The notes beneath the pieces are model-generated. The model saw only the letters and a list, made by a program, of their open reading frames with translations, was not told where the DNA came from and made no database searches. Shown here piece after piece: positions 18,504 through 28,010 of a stretch of 30,801 nt of DNA; position 1 is the stretch's first letter, and each line of letters starts with the position of its first letter. Source of the DNA: Candidatus Heimdallarchaeota archaeon (lineage in GTDB: Archaea; Asgardarchaeota; Heimdallarchaeia; Hodarchaeales; Hodarchaeaceae); contig DXJL01000100.1 in assembly GCA_019057635.1 (NCBI GenBank), positions 1 through 30,801 of the forward strand, in the 5' to 3' direction. The position numbers and the translations under genes are program-made.

Positions 18504-19681
18504 CTACTCCTCCACAGAGTTAACCAGCATCTCATCACTGTACCCCGAATATAAACTGGATAGGATTTAGATAATTTGGTAATTTCTCGTGAGCTCTCAC
18601 TTATTTTACCAAAAACTTGATAAAAACTACCAGACGACAGATCAAAATCTAATATCGCTGGAAAGGTTCCGATTCCGACTTTGAATTGATCATTTACCTT
18701 TACTATACTAAAACAAAATACTAATCCTTCATTAGGAACTTGAATTGTTTCATTCCCTTCAAATAAAGACGGTAGATTAATAGATCGATTCGTGAAACTT
18801 CCTTGAGTATTTTTATAAATGTATGATAGAAAATGGGTTTCTGGGGTCTCCTGTAAATCATGTCTATCAGATACTAGAATGGATGAAGAGTTCAATCCTC
18901 CAATCCAGATAGTAGCGTTAGAATCATGGCCTAACAATACATTTTCATGATTAGAAGGAGGAAGTTTCCATGTTACACCCCAAATGGGTCCTTTCTCCGC
19001 AACCGCTATACTGATATGTCTTCCGAAAGGATCATTCAAATTTGGATTATCATATTCTAGTGATGCTTGACCATTTTCATCTGTATTTTTCGTTCCGTCA
19101 ATGCGGATAAATCCTGTTGTTAAATCGAGAGTGAAAAAATGAACTTGACATTCTTTTAGTGGAAGGTAATTATTCGCGTCTGTGACTTGTGTGGTCGATT
19201 CATAAATCGCTGAACTAACTTCTGTGATAGAGATAGATAATTCAAGATAAGGTTGAAGAGATAGCTGGAAATCCTGTTTTGCATCAAGGCCGAGAATATT
19301 TTTGACTGAAGGATAATCAAACTGCTCAAATCCTGAAATAAGATATGTCGGGAATGTAGTACCCGTAATTATTCTAGAAATCTTGGCCGCGTCTAAATTT
19401 ATTGAAGAAATTGCCTTTGATTGTGCCAATCCAAACGTTTCAGGCAGAGATTGCTGGTATCCCCAAAATTGATTTCCTTCTTCTTGTAGCAAGATTCTTC
19501 CGAAGGTATCTAACTCTTTATAGTTTAAATTATTCCGCATCTGGGAATTCAAGCCAGATTGAACATTAATTACGACTAAGATTAATTGGGATAACATTAA
19601 CATAAATAGAAGTAGAGAAACGATAAAATCGATTGCTCGTACTTGTCCTCTTCTTCGTCTTTTCAAACCTAGGTTGAACAT
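18500..19681 (-). CDS. Large minor pilin/adhesin-like protein with class III signal peptide and inserted Ig-like segment
   Basis: KRRRRG|QVRAIDFIVSLLLF; G...W...P..FGLA...LD..KI pilin-like core; VTDANN..PL....V...TDENGQA Ig-like pattern. Confidence 0.8.
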   Translation of the reverse strand: MFNLGLKRRRRGQVRAIDFIVSLLLFMLMLSQLILVVINVQSGLNSQMRNNLNYKELDTFGRILLQEEGNQFWGYQQSLPETFGLAQSKAISSINLDAAKISRIITGTTFPTYLISGFEQFDYPSVKNILGLDAKQDFQLSLQPYLELSISITEVSSAIYESTTQVTDANNYLPLKECQVHFFTLDLTTGFIRIDGTKNTDENGQASLEYDNPNLNDPFGRHISIAVAEKGPIWGVTWKLPPSNHENVLLGHDSNATIWIGGLNSSSILVSDRHDLQETPETHFLSYIYKNTQGSFTNRSINLPSLFEGNETIQVPNEGLVFCFSIVKVNDQFKVGIGTFPAILDFDLSSGSFYQVFGKISESSREITKLSKSYPVYIRGTVMRCWLTLWRSR

Positions 19682-19724
19682 TTTAACCGCTCAAGATGAA
19701 TAACTACCTTTTTGATATTATCAC

Positions 19725-20180
19725 CTAAATTATTTCTTCGTTTTTAGGTGCTCCTGCATTGGCAACTTCCATTTGTATGGTAATCTCATCCAGTCTGTCT
19801 TTTAATTCTAACATTGTGGTCTCAAGCTCTGTTAATTGTAATCCTTTTTCTAAAAGAGTTGTTGCCTGAGTAATAAGTTCATCAGCTTTTTGAGACTTTT
19901 CGCTGCTCAATATGGATACCAAATCGTTAATTGGTGCAAATTTTCCATTTATTTCAGTGATGGCTTTTTCTACTTCAACGATTTTTTTCTCCAATGGACC
20001 TAGGTCCACTCGGACTGGACCAGACATCGCAGCAGGAGGACCCCCTGCAGGAGTTGTGGATACAGGTGCTCCACCAGTACCCATTGATTGGACAAATAGA
20101 AACTCCATATTTGTTAATTTGTCTTCGAGGGCAGAGATCTTCTCCAATACCTCAATTAGCATTTTTTCTTCTTTACCCAA
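19725..20180 (-). CDS. Cytoplasmic coiled-coil protein with Gly/Pro linker
   Basis: Two heptad blocks split by GTGGAPVSTTPAGGPPAA; no TM segment. TTG at 20180 follows a GAGGT SD (the track start is 20204). Confidence 0.75.
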   Translation of the reverse strand: MGKEEKMLIEVLEKISALEDKLTNMEFLFVQSMGTGGAPVSTTPAGGPPAAMSGPVRVDLGPLEKKIVEVEKAITEINGKFAPINDLVSILSSEKSQKADELITQATTLLEKGLQLTELETTMLELKDRLDEITIQMEVANAGAPKNEEII

Positions 20181-20200
20181 GTCTAATACCTCAATATACA

Positions 20201-21196
20201 TCATAGAAGAATTGTAATCTTAAAGAATAAATAGCATATAACTAGTAGGATGCATGAATGCCGTAGGCCAATTTTAGCATCTCCATCACCCATTTTTCCT
20301 GCAATTAATCCAGCAAAGATTGCTTCAATTACCATTAAATGGAAAAAAACCAGTTGTATTCCTGCTACATTGAAGGGCAATGCTGTGGTTGGATCTTCTT
20401 GACTTTGAACTGCATCAACCATTTGAATAGCTAGAGTTTGGAAGAATGAGTACAAGAGTATTATCATTACAAGTGCAAATACAATGAATGATGCATAAAT
20501 AATCCATGTATATGGTTTCATTGCGCCAAGACGTTCGCGTTTCAATCCTAGAACTTCAGATACATGTTTGTGGGCTGATTCGAATACATCTTCAATGGCA
20601 CCACCCGATCGTTCTGCTTCTAAAATTAATAATGATGTTCTCTTCATGAGAGGAGTATCAGCGGTCACAGTAAGGCTTCGCAAGGTCGCACTAAAAGGTA
20701 TACCCCAGCTAATTTTTGAGGCCATTTTTTTCAATTCTGGTGTTAGCGCTCCATATTGATGCTTCGATGCCTCCAGGATTGCTCTGGGTAAGGGAAGACC
20801 CGTTTTCTGAGCATCTGAAATTTCTCTTAATAAAGATGGAATATGATCATCAATGTCATCACGCCACTTTCGATCTGAGTGATAAGCTAAAGCAGGAATG
20901 AGTAATAAAGCAAGAGCAGTAAAAATAGTTACATCTATTATATCAAAAAATCCTATAATTGGATCTTGAATTATTTCACGAACAGAGTATAGAAATGGGT
21001 CCCGGGGAGGGTTTTCAGTTCCTTCTGCTAACTCTGTTGGAGCTGGAAAATCTATAATATGTGTAAGTGCTGGAATATAAAACAGAGATGCAATTATTAA
21101 AAATAACACGAATAAGACAATTGAAATTATCCAATAGTTTCTTTCTTTCTTAGCAGTTAGTTTTCCCAAGTTTTGGATCCTCCGTTCACATATCAC
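20201..21196 (-). CDS. Type II secretion system F / TadC-FlaJ family membrane platform protein
   Basis: IP.LLREI.DAQ.TG..L..AI, YGAL..EL.K....ISWG, EA.RSGG, QA/EAIFAGLIAGKM..G....GL.H. An alternative TTG start at 21169 follows GGAGG. Confidence 0.92.
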   Translation of the reverse strand: MICERRIQNLGKLTAKKERNYWIISIVLFVLFLIIASLFYIPALTHIIDFPAPTELAEGTENPPRDPFLYSVREIIQDPIIGFFDIIDVTIFTALALLLIPALAYHSDRKWRDDIDDHIPSLLREISDAQKTGLPLPRAILEASKHQYGALTPELKKMASKISWGIPFSATLRSLTVTADTPLMKRTSLLILEAERSGGAIEDVFESAHKHVSEVLGLKRERLGAMKPYTWIIYASFIVFALVMIILLYSFFQTLAIQMVDAVQSQEDPTTALPFNVAGIQLVFFHLMVIEAIFAGLIAGKMGDGDAKIGLRHSCILLVICYLFFKITILL

Positions 21197-22094
21197 GCGA
21201 AGCAGTACTAATTAATAATATCATTATGGTCAATAGAATAGGCATTATAAAGTAGGTCAGTGTTAGCATGAATATACTTCCAATTGTAGTCTCAGGGCTA
21301 ATAACAGCAAGAATGGCTAGAATTACTACAAAAAATAGAGGGGCTACAACTCCGATTATCATAAATATTTCAGCTAAAACTCCTAACTGTTCAATAAACT
21401 CTTTAGTTTCCTCTTCTTTAAGTTTCATGTGAGCTCTTGTTTCCGATGACAAATAGAATGTCAAATCACCACCACTGGTGATTGTAGCAGACATGCCGTC
21501 TAAGAACTTTGAAAATCTTTCAGAAGGCGAACGCTCACTGGCAGTCCTTAAAGCCTTTAAAATATCATAACCAAAAATTTCAATGTCCCTAGTAATTCTT
21601 TTACTTTCTTTTGAAATTTCGGGTGCTACTGATTCCTCACCTGCTAATGAATAGAATAATCGGTCAGGTGGGACTCCAGAACTGGCCATTGCAGAGAGGT
21701 AAGAAGCAGTCGATGTTAAACCCGATTCAATTAAAATCTTACGATCTGCGGCTTTCATTTGCGGCCAGTATAAGAAAGGAAGATATGTTATGACTGAGCA
21801 TATTATTGCACTCAATAAACCTATAAACAGAGCGGTAATCAATAATGTTTCAATTGTAATGGTTGAATCCGTATTCTGGAGTATGATTCCTGCTGATAGA
21901 GTAGTAATTACAAAACTAAGGATACCAACAAGTATAGATGTAACAATGGCACTTCCTAAGTAAGCACGAACTGAAATATCCATACCCGCTTTCTTCAAAG
22001 AAGTATTGAGACGCTCAAATCGCCCTTTTTCAATCCAGGGTTCGATGAATCTTCCGAATCTAAGATACCCTACTCTTCTAATTACTTTACTCAC
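21186..22094 (-). CDS. Type II secretion system F / TadC-FlaJ family membrane platform protein
   Basis: L.KAGM.I....Y, AMASSG.P...F, I.RDIE.FG.DI..AL, SPS..F..FL.G..ATI.SGGDL..YL, LAEI.....V.APLF; GTG start with AGGAG SD. Confidence 0.92.
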   Translation of the reverse strand: MSKVIRRVGYLRFGRFIEPWIEKGRFERLNTSLKKAGMDISVRAYLGSAIVTSILVGILSFVITTLSAGIILQNTDSTITIETLLITALFIGLLSAIICSVITYLPFLYWPQMKAADRKILIESGLTSTASYLSAMASSGVPPDRLFYSLAGEESVAPEISKESKRITRDIEIFGYDILKALRTASERSPSERFSKFLDGMSATITSGGDLTFYLSSETRAHMKLKEEETKEFIEQLGVLAEIFMIIGVVAPLFFVVILAILAVISPETTIGSIFMLTLTYFIMPILLTIMILLISTASRDM

Positions 22095-22119
22095 AGGATT
22101 AAACTCCTTGTTTTTCTGT

Positions 22120-23628
22120 TCAAATAGATTTAAGTTCTCTTTTTGCGCGATCCACAGTTTCTAGTGAATTTTGGTAATAGCTATTAATGACCTCAGATAC
22201 TTGCGTGTAATGAGCAAATTTCTTTTTTACCATCCACCTCAGAATGGTTTTTCTTCTCTCAAGTTCATCATAAACTTGTGACTCAGTTAATCCTTGCGAT
22301 TCCTGAATACCTTCTAGAGCATAGGATCTACCATAGTTGATATAAGCATCTTCACGTGCATTCCACCCAAAAACCTTGTTTGTGATGATCTCAGTTGTAA
22401 CTGGATCGATACCCACGATTTCTGTACATTCAATAACTCTACGAACTTGTTTATCCCCTCTTCTAACCTTACGAAGCACCACCAACAGGTTTAAGGTTTG
22501 GATAAGGGTTCGGGGGATATTCATTGGTTCATTTTCTAATCTTCTAATTGTTCCTGTAACACTATCTCCGTGAATAGTTCCCATTCCAGTATGACCAGTT
22601 GCCATTGCTTGGAAGAGGTTATATGCTTCTGCACCTCGTACTTCTCCTACGAAGAGGTAATCAGGTCTCTGACGCAACGCTGCTCGTAAAAGATCGTACA
22701 TGGAGACTTCTCCACGCCTTGATCCATCAGCTTCCCGTCCACCATAGCCTTCTCTCGCAACAGCGGGAATCCAATTTTCATGTGGTAAATGCAATTCAGC
22801 AGTGTCTTCTATTGATACAATTTTCATACCAGGCCTAATAAACATAGCTAAGCAATTTAACAAAGAGGTTTTCCCTGCAGCAGTACCACCTGCGATAACA
22901 ATTGAACTACGATTTTCTAAAGCGTACCATAAAAAGGCTGCAAGGTCTTCATCTATAGTGTTATAAGTTATCATATCTGTTACAGTTAAAGGATCAGAAC
23001 GGAATTTTCTTATAGTAAATGTGCTACCTCTCTGTGTTACCTCACGACCGTAAGTTAATTGAAGACGACTACCATCAGGTAAAGCAGCATCAAGTAAAGG
23101 TCTGGCTACGCTAATGTGTCTACCCGCACGTTGAGCTAATTTAATTATAAAGGAGTCTAGATCCTCCTCTTTATCAAATTTTATATTTGTTTGAATACTT
23201 TCAAATTTCCTATGCCATACATAGATTGGGATACCTACACCGTCACAGCTAATATCTTCTACAGCATGGTCACGCAATATTGCATCTATCTGACCAAATC
23301 CTACAAAATCGCGCGTTATGTGATAATTAATTTTATCAAACGTTTTTTCGTCCATTTTCAAGCCATAATTTTTTGCAATGCCGATGACCTTTTGACGCAA
23401 ATAGTCTCGAGCCATCTCTGGCGATTTCAATACATTAAAATCAACATCTAATTCTTCTTCAAGCACATTTTTAATCATGTCAAGAATATCTTTCTCTTTA
23501 GTACTTAGAGGTATTTCTACTACTGTATATTTCGTTTGCTTTGTGTCAGGGTCAGTAGCAACTAAAGCATAACTGAAAGGGGGGATTAATGGATAGGTTT
23601 CACGAATCAAACTACTAGAATCGGACAT
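22120..23628 (-). CDS. Type II/IV secretion / type IV pilus assembly ATPase (VirB11/FlaI-like)
   Basis: VEDISCDG, FTIRKF, Walker A GGTAAGKT, Asp box SIEDTAEL..PHENW, ALRQRPDY, Walker B FVGEVRG.EA, His box MATGH...TIH. Confidence 0.96.
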   Translation of the reverse strand: MSDSSSLIRETYPLIPPFSYALVATDPDTKQTKYTVVEIPLSTKEKDILDMIKNVLEEELDVDFNVLKSPEMARDYLRQKVIGIAKNYGLKMDEKTFDKINYHITRDFVGFGQIDAILRDHAVEDISCDGVGIPIYVWHRKFESIQTNIKFDKEEDLDSFIIKLAQRAGRHISVARPLLDAALPDGSRLQLTYGREVTQRGSTFTIRKFRSDPLTVTDMITYNTIDEDLAAFLWYALENRSSIVIAGGTAAGKTSLLNCLAMFIRPGMKIVSIEDTAELHLPHENWIPAVAREGYGGREADGSRRGEVSMYDLLRAALRQRPDYLFVGEVRGAEAYNLFQAMATGHTGMGTIHGDSVTGTIRRLENEPMNIPRTLIQTLNLLVVLRKVRRGDKQVRRVIECTEIVGIDPVTTEIITNKVFGWNAREDAYINYGRSYALEGIQESQGLTESQVYDELERRKTILRWMVKKKFAHYTQVSEVINSYYQNSLETVDRAKRELKSI

Positions 23629-23752
23629 CTTGTTTTTACTCCTATTAATTAATAATAACCTGATATAAATATCGTTATGGTTCTCCTTTGTAAGTTTATT
23701 TCAATAATCTTTCTTTTAATAATTTCTAATCTACTCAATGAACTCAATCATA

Positions 23753-24205
23753 TTAAGCCATTTGAATATTGATAATATCACGATTTTTATGAATGTTTAA
23801 AGTCATAATTGGATTAGTGCTTATGAAATGACCAGAAGCTGTGACAAAATACACGGATCCTAATGAGAATCTTATCTGTTGAGTTACTTCAGCATTAAAC
23901 GTGCTTCCAGTAAGGATTATATCTTTCCCATCCGAAGAATTTGTAATATCTAATGCGTATCGGAACCCTTGGCCAAGAGCAGGGGGAAAGTCCAAACGTT
24001 GATAAATTGATTGATTATTCTCTGGATGAATAAGCAAGCTCTGTTGAATCTGCAATTGAATTTGACCTAGAATTGTGTCCAATTCAACTTGTGCAACATT
24101 TTCACGAAATTGGTCACTTAGAGTTGAGAACATACCATTTGTGATGATTACTAAGCTCAAACCCAGGGTGAATATAATCATGAAAGTGATATATTGTGAA
24201 GCCAT
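23753..24205 (-). CDS. Pilin-like protein lacking a basic leader
   Basis: MASQYITFMIIFTLGLSLVII N-terminal helix, then an amphipathic helix and LDFPP..G..Y.L.I; in-frame TAG three codons upstream of the ATG. Confidence 0.7.
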   Translation of the reverse strand: MASQYITFMIIFTLGLSLVIITNGMFSTLSDQFRENVAQVELDTILGQIQLQIQQSLLIHPENNQSIYQRLDFPPALGQGFRYALDITNSSDGKDIILTGSTFNAEVTQQIRFSLGSVYFVTASGHFISTNPIMTLNIHKNRDIINIQMA

Positions 24206-24232
24206 AATAATCTACCGAAATGTCAAATGAAT

Positions 24233-25156
24233 TTATGTTGTTTTTAGATTTATATCGTATTTAAGTAATTGTACCACAATGTCAAAATCATTAAGACTAC
24301 TCAATCCACTTACCAGACTGGTGCTCCATAACAAAGTGGAGGATGGTGTAGAAGTATAGGTTCTTTCAATGATTAGATCCAGCTTTGAAACAGATGGAGG
24401 AGGAGCTAAAGTTTCAGGTACTGACACGTTTTTACTAACATGAACTGTTATTTGTTTATATTGGTTATGAATTGAATTAAAATCTGCTGTTAATGATATT
24501 AAGAAAATTTGAAATCGTATTTCAGGAACAGGCTGCGTAGAAATTGTTAGATAAATCGATACGCGATAATCTAGCGAGATATGATGTTTGCGATCTGGTT
24601 GATGACTTAAAACTAAGTTTGTTAAATCCTGATTATCAGATGTTGCAAACATACCTGTAATAAATGCCTGCTCACGGGTTTTATATGGATCTGGACCAGT
24701 TAGATATTTTGAAGTTCTACGAGGAAGGACAGGACGCGGACTACTATAGACCCAATCAACCATCCCAATTTCTTGGAAGTCAATAATATCATGAACGAAA
24801 TCTACATTTTTGTCTTCTAAATATAATGAAATATAATATACTTTAGGGTTAAATTCAAGAGTGCCTGCCGGTTTAGTGAATAAGAGAGTTCTAAAGCCTC
24901 CAGGATTACCGCTTTCCCTAATCAGAGATTCTATAGTTTCATCAAGGTCAATAAAGCTATTTTTGACCGAACTTATTGTTTGTTCGCTCTGAGCCTGTTC
25001 AATGAATGGGACGACCTGTATAAAAGTAACCATAACTCCTGTAATAATTAGACCAAAAATGATTACTGTTGCGAGAACAGGAGAAACTGCTCTTCGTTTT
25101 TTCCCCAATCTTCGTTGTTTTTCTCTTCTTAGCCGATATATCAACGTTTCTAACAA
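24233..25156 (-). CDS. Pilin-like protein with class III signal peptide (archaeal pilin N-terminal domain)
   Basis: KKRRA|VSPVLATVIIFGLIITGV...P.IEQ.Q......V.NSF..LD; TTG start. Confidence 0.85.
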   Translation of the reverse strand: MLETLIYRLRREKQRRLGKKRRAVSPVLATVIIFGLIITGVMVTFIQVVPFIEQAQSEQTISSVKNSFIDLDETIESLIRESGNPGGFRTLLFTKPAGTLEFNPKVYYISLYLEDKNVDFVHDIIDFQEIGMVDWVYSSPRPVLPRRTSKYLTGPDPYKTREQAFITGMFATSDNQDLTNLVLSHQPDRKHHISLDYRVSIYLTISTQPVPEIRFQIFLISLTADFNSIHNQYKQITVHVSKNVSVPETLAPPPSVSKLDLIIERTYTSTPSSTLLWSTSLVSGLSSLNDFDIVVQLLKYDINLKTT

Positions 25157-25242
25157 GTTAGGTCACTTTATTGATTATTGAGATGAAGTTTGGTGTCGTA
25201 AGGAACTACTTCTTCAATGAAATTTGTTGGATACTCTAGTGA

Positions 25243-25256
25243 TTTAAGGATTTTTG
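25243..25256 (-). promoter_or_regulatory. Possible BRE/TATA for the pilus-DP2 string
   Basis: Minus strand CAAAAATCCTTAAA about 90 nt upstream of the first pilin gene; weak evidence in AT-rich DNA. Confidence 0.25.
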
Positions 25257-25531
25257 TATTGTTTAGGATTTGATAATAAAGAATAGCTTTGTATATCTTC
25301 GCTAGAAGGAGCAAAGGGATAGATTTCTTGACAATAAAATTCAATCATAAATAAACTTTTTTTTCCATTGAAAATACTGTTATTCAGGCTCTAACCAACA
25401 AGAGAAAATCTTGATCGATGTAATGTTACTTCTGGGAGAAAGAAGATAAGGTTATTTCTGGAGAATAAACTTGAACTGGAAATAAGCGATATCCATATAA
25501 GGAAACCAATTATTCAAAGAATGCGTTGACC

Positions 25532-25539
25532 TTTAAATA
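25532..25539 (+). promoter_or_regulatory. Putative TATA box of radA
   Basis: TTTAAATA 38-45 nt upstream of the ATG; AGGTG SD-like element at 25562-25566. Confidence 0.5.
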
Positions 25540-25576
25540 TCTAGTAGAATGAATTAATAACAGGTGTGGTAGAAAT

Positions 25577-26611
25577 ATGTCCCCAAAGAAAAAGGAATCA
25601 GATATAGATTCATCTAGTGATACCAAAAGCGTTAAAAAAAGTGTAAGAGCTACATCCATCACAGATTTACCTGGAATAGGACCTTCAACCGCAGCAAAAT
25701 TGGTTGAAGCAGGATATTCTTCGTTGGAATCCATCGCAACGGTTTCAGTTGGGGAACTTTCATCCATAGCAAGCTTAGGAGAAAAAACGGTCCAGAAAAT
25801 TATTGAAGCAGCACGTGAAGCTTTAGATATCGATTTTGAGACTGCTAAGGTTGTTTTAGAACGAAGAAAAAATTTAGCAAAAATAACAACTGGCAGTCAA
25901 AGGTTAGATGAGCTATTCGGGGGAGGTATCGAAACAGGTGCTGCAACCGAGCTGTACGGAGAATTTAGAACAGGAAAAACTCAGATCGCTCATCAACTCT
26001 GCGTCACGACTCAATTACCAGTGGAAAATGGTGGATTAAGAATAGGAGATGAATATCCTAAAGTTGTTTATGTCGATACCGAAGGAACTTTTCGACCAGA
26101 ACGGATCATTGACATGGCTGAACGCTGGAAAGACAATATAGATGTGGATATTGTTTTAGAAAATATACTTCATGGTCGTGCTCATAATACAGATCACCAG
26201 ATGGTTTTAGTTGAAAAAATGGTCAAAGAGTATCTTCCTACGGAGAATGTGAAACTCTTAGTTGTTGATTCATTGGTCTCCCATTTTCGAGCTGAATATG
26301 TAGGACGGGGAACTCTCGCGACACGTCAACAGAAGCTAAATCAACACATTCATGCAATTCTTCATGCTGCAGAAGTTTGGAACCTCGCAGTTATTCTCAC
26401 AAATCAGGTTCAAGCTAAACCAGATCAATTTTTTGGAGATCCAACAACTGCGGTAGGAGGCCATATTGTAGCTCATGCAGCTCAAACACGAGTATATTTG
26501 CGAAAGTCAAAGGGAGAAAGAAGGATTGCTAGAATAGTAGACAGTCCCCTATTACCAGAGAATGAAGCAATATTTGGCGTAACGGCTGCAGGTATTGTAG
26601 ACGTAACATAA
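25577..26611 (+). CDS. radA: DNA repair and recombination protein RadA
   Basis: HhH LPGIGP.TA.KL, polymerisation motif FETA, Walker A GEFRTGKT, YVDTEGTFRPER, Walker B LVVDS, HFRAEY.GRG.LA.RQQKL, TNQV, GGH...H, IVDSP.LPE.EA.F. No intein. Confidence 0.98.
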   Translation: MSPKKKESDIDSSSDTKSVKKSVRATSITDLPGIGPSTAAKLVEAGYSSLESIATVSVGELSSIASLGEKTVQKIIEAAREALDIDFETAKVVLERRKNLAKITTGSQRLDELFGGGIETGAATELYGEFRTGKTQIAHQLCVTTQLPVENGGLRIGDEYPKVVYVDTEGTFRPERIIDMAERWKDNIDVDIVLENILHGRAHNTDHQMVLVEKMVKEYLPTENVKLLVVDSLVSHFRAEYVGRGTLATRQQKLNQHIHAILHAAEVWNLAVILTNQVQAKPDQFFGDPTTAVGGHIVAHAAQTRVYLRKSKGERRIARIVDSPLLPENEAIFGVTAAGIVDVT

Positions 26612-26652
26612 AAAGTGTTTTTCCTCTTTTTCTTGATACAGAGGTAGCATGA

Positions 26653-27327
26653 TTGAGTCTAACAACAGACAAATTCCCTCCAATTGTTATCGCTGAACTG
26701 TCCCTTAAAATTCTGCGAAAGACTTTTGCTACAAAACTAGGTTTTAGACCTTCTCTATCAAAAGAGAATCTTGAAAAAACTCTACGTTCTATTGAATCAT
26801 CCCTTATGGTCATGAAATATTCCTATCTACCAGTTAACGAGTTGTTACTACATAATGACTTGGAAAGCATACACACGTATGGATTACAATTATCTGAAGG
26901 CCTCAAACCTGCTTATTCCACCCCATCATCCATTCAGTTATCATTAGCTAATCTTAATTGGGGAATTAACATTTTCCAATATCTAGGCCGTCGTATAAAA
27001 ACTGCAAATTCTAAATTAGGGGCTGGAGTTGATTTAAAAGTAGTTCATGTGAGAAATGTGCAAAAAATAGGAAATTTTTTACTTACACGCGCCTATGACA
27101 ATAATAATTCGTATACAATAATGACCAATATCCTAGATCTACGTCCTAATCGAAATTTCGGTGTAGCGTTTCTTCCACCAAGAGAAATTGGAGGAAAGCT
27201 ATCCGAAGCCATGTATATTGACTCTGAGGAAAGAGAGGAAGAAGCGGGGGCATTATTAGCCCCCAATCAAGTAGATCTTAGAGGCGTCGATGCAATACTT
27301 CATCAGCTTATTGTACAGAAATTCTAG
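26653..27327 (+). CDS. Archaeal tRNA-binding protein (helical N-domain + C-terminal EMAP/OB-fold)
   Basis: MKYSY, GVD..V..V.NV, TIMTN, VAFLPPRE.GG.LSEAMY; TTG start with GAGGT SD. Confidence 0.75.
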   Translation: MSLTTDKFPPIVIAELSLKILRKTFATKLGFRPSLSKENLEKTLRSIESSLMVMKYSYLPVNELLLHNDLESIHTYGLQLSEGLKPAYSTPSSIQLSLANLNWGINIFQYLGRRIKTANSKLGAGVDLKVVHVRNVQKIGNFLLTRAYDNNNSYTIMTNILDLRPNRNFGVAFLPPREIGGKLSEAMYIDSEEREEEAGALLAPNQVDLRGVDAILHQLIVQKF

Positions 27328-27335
27328 GATGGAAG

Positions 27336-28010
27336 CTAGATATCAAAAAATGTAATGATTTCACTTAAATCTTCAGATTGACAAACAAAATCTGCACAGT
27401 CAGCTACTTTTTTGGAACTAGGCTCTATTGCAATCGATATATTTGCTATCTTGAACATATCCATATCAGCACTGGCATCTCCGATTGCTATTGATTTCCC
27501 TAGAGGAATTTTATATGATTCGAGAAGGGATAAGAGAATTTTCCCTTTATCCAGAACATCTACATTTACCTCTACATCACCAGTTATTCTATTTTTTCTA
27601 CGGATTAACTCATTAGCTACCCAAAAATTGAAATTATATTTGTGTGCAACCTTTTCAACTAGATCCTTCAAGCCTTGTGATATAATAACTAAAATACATT
27701 TGTTTTCTTTAAAAAAGGTAAGAAGTTCGGAAATTCCGTCTCTTAATTTGATAGTAGCTAAAGCTCTTTGATATTCCGATTCAGAATGGTTAATCCACGG
27801 GTAAGCATCTGCTATACAAAACTTTGTATAGTTGATCTCGCCATCAATAAATTGTTGTAAAGCAATTTTCCCGTGAGTTGCCCAAGTACCAAAGTATTCA
27901 TGAACAGCTTGCCATGAAGATCGATAATCTGCTGTAGTTAGTGTTCCATCAAAATCAAAAGCAATTAAAGATCCTTGAAAGTTTCTGATTCGATTATTTC
28001 GCACAATCAT
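27336..28010 (-). CDS. HAD-superfamily phosphatase, phosphoserine phosphatase (SerB)-like
   Basis: Motif I DFDGTL, SSW..VH, motif II IISQG, ANEL, motif III DKG, motif IV GDASAD..MF. Confidence 0.88.
   Translation of the reverse strand: MIVRNNRIRNFQGSLIAFDFDGTLTTADYRSSWQAVHEYFGTWATHGKIALQQFIDGEINYTKFCIADAYPWINHSESEYQRALATIKLRDGISELLTFFKENKCILVIISQGLKDLVEKVAHKYNFNFWVANELIRRKNRITGDVEVNVDVLDKGKILLSLLESYKIPLGKSIAIGDASADMDMFKIANISIAIEPSSKKVADCADFVCQSEDLSEIITFFDI

Noticed and set aside
20201-23628. Archaellum (flaI/flaJ) operon
   Set aside because: No archaellin, FlaH or FlaF/G, and there are two ~300-aa TadC genes rather than one long FlaJ.
25577-25660. NLS-like PKKK in the RadA N-terminal extension
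   Set aside because: Short Lys/Ser-rich disordered N-termini are common in RadA; no specific support.
1815-28010. serA and SerB-like genes as a serine pathway cluster
   Set aside because: They are 25 kb apart, and substrate specificity of either family cannot be read from motifs.
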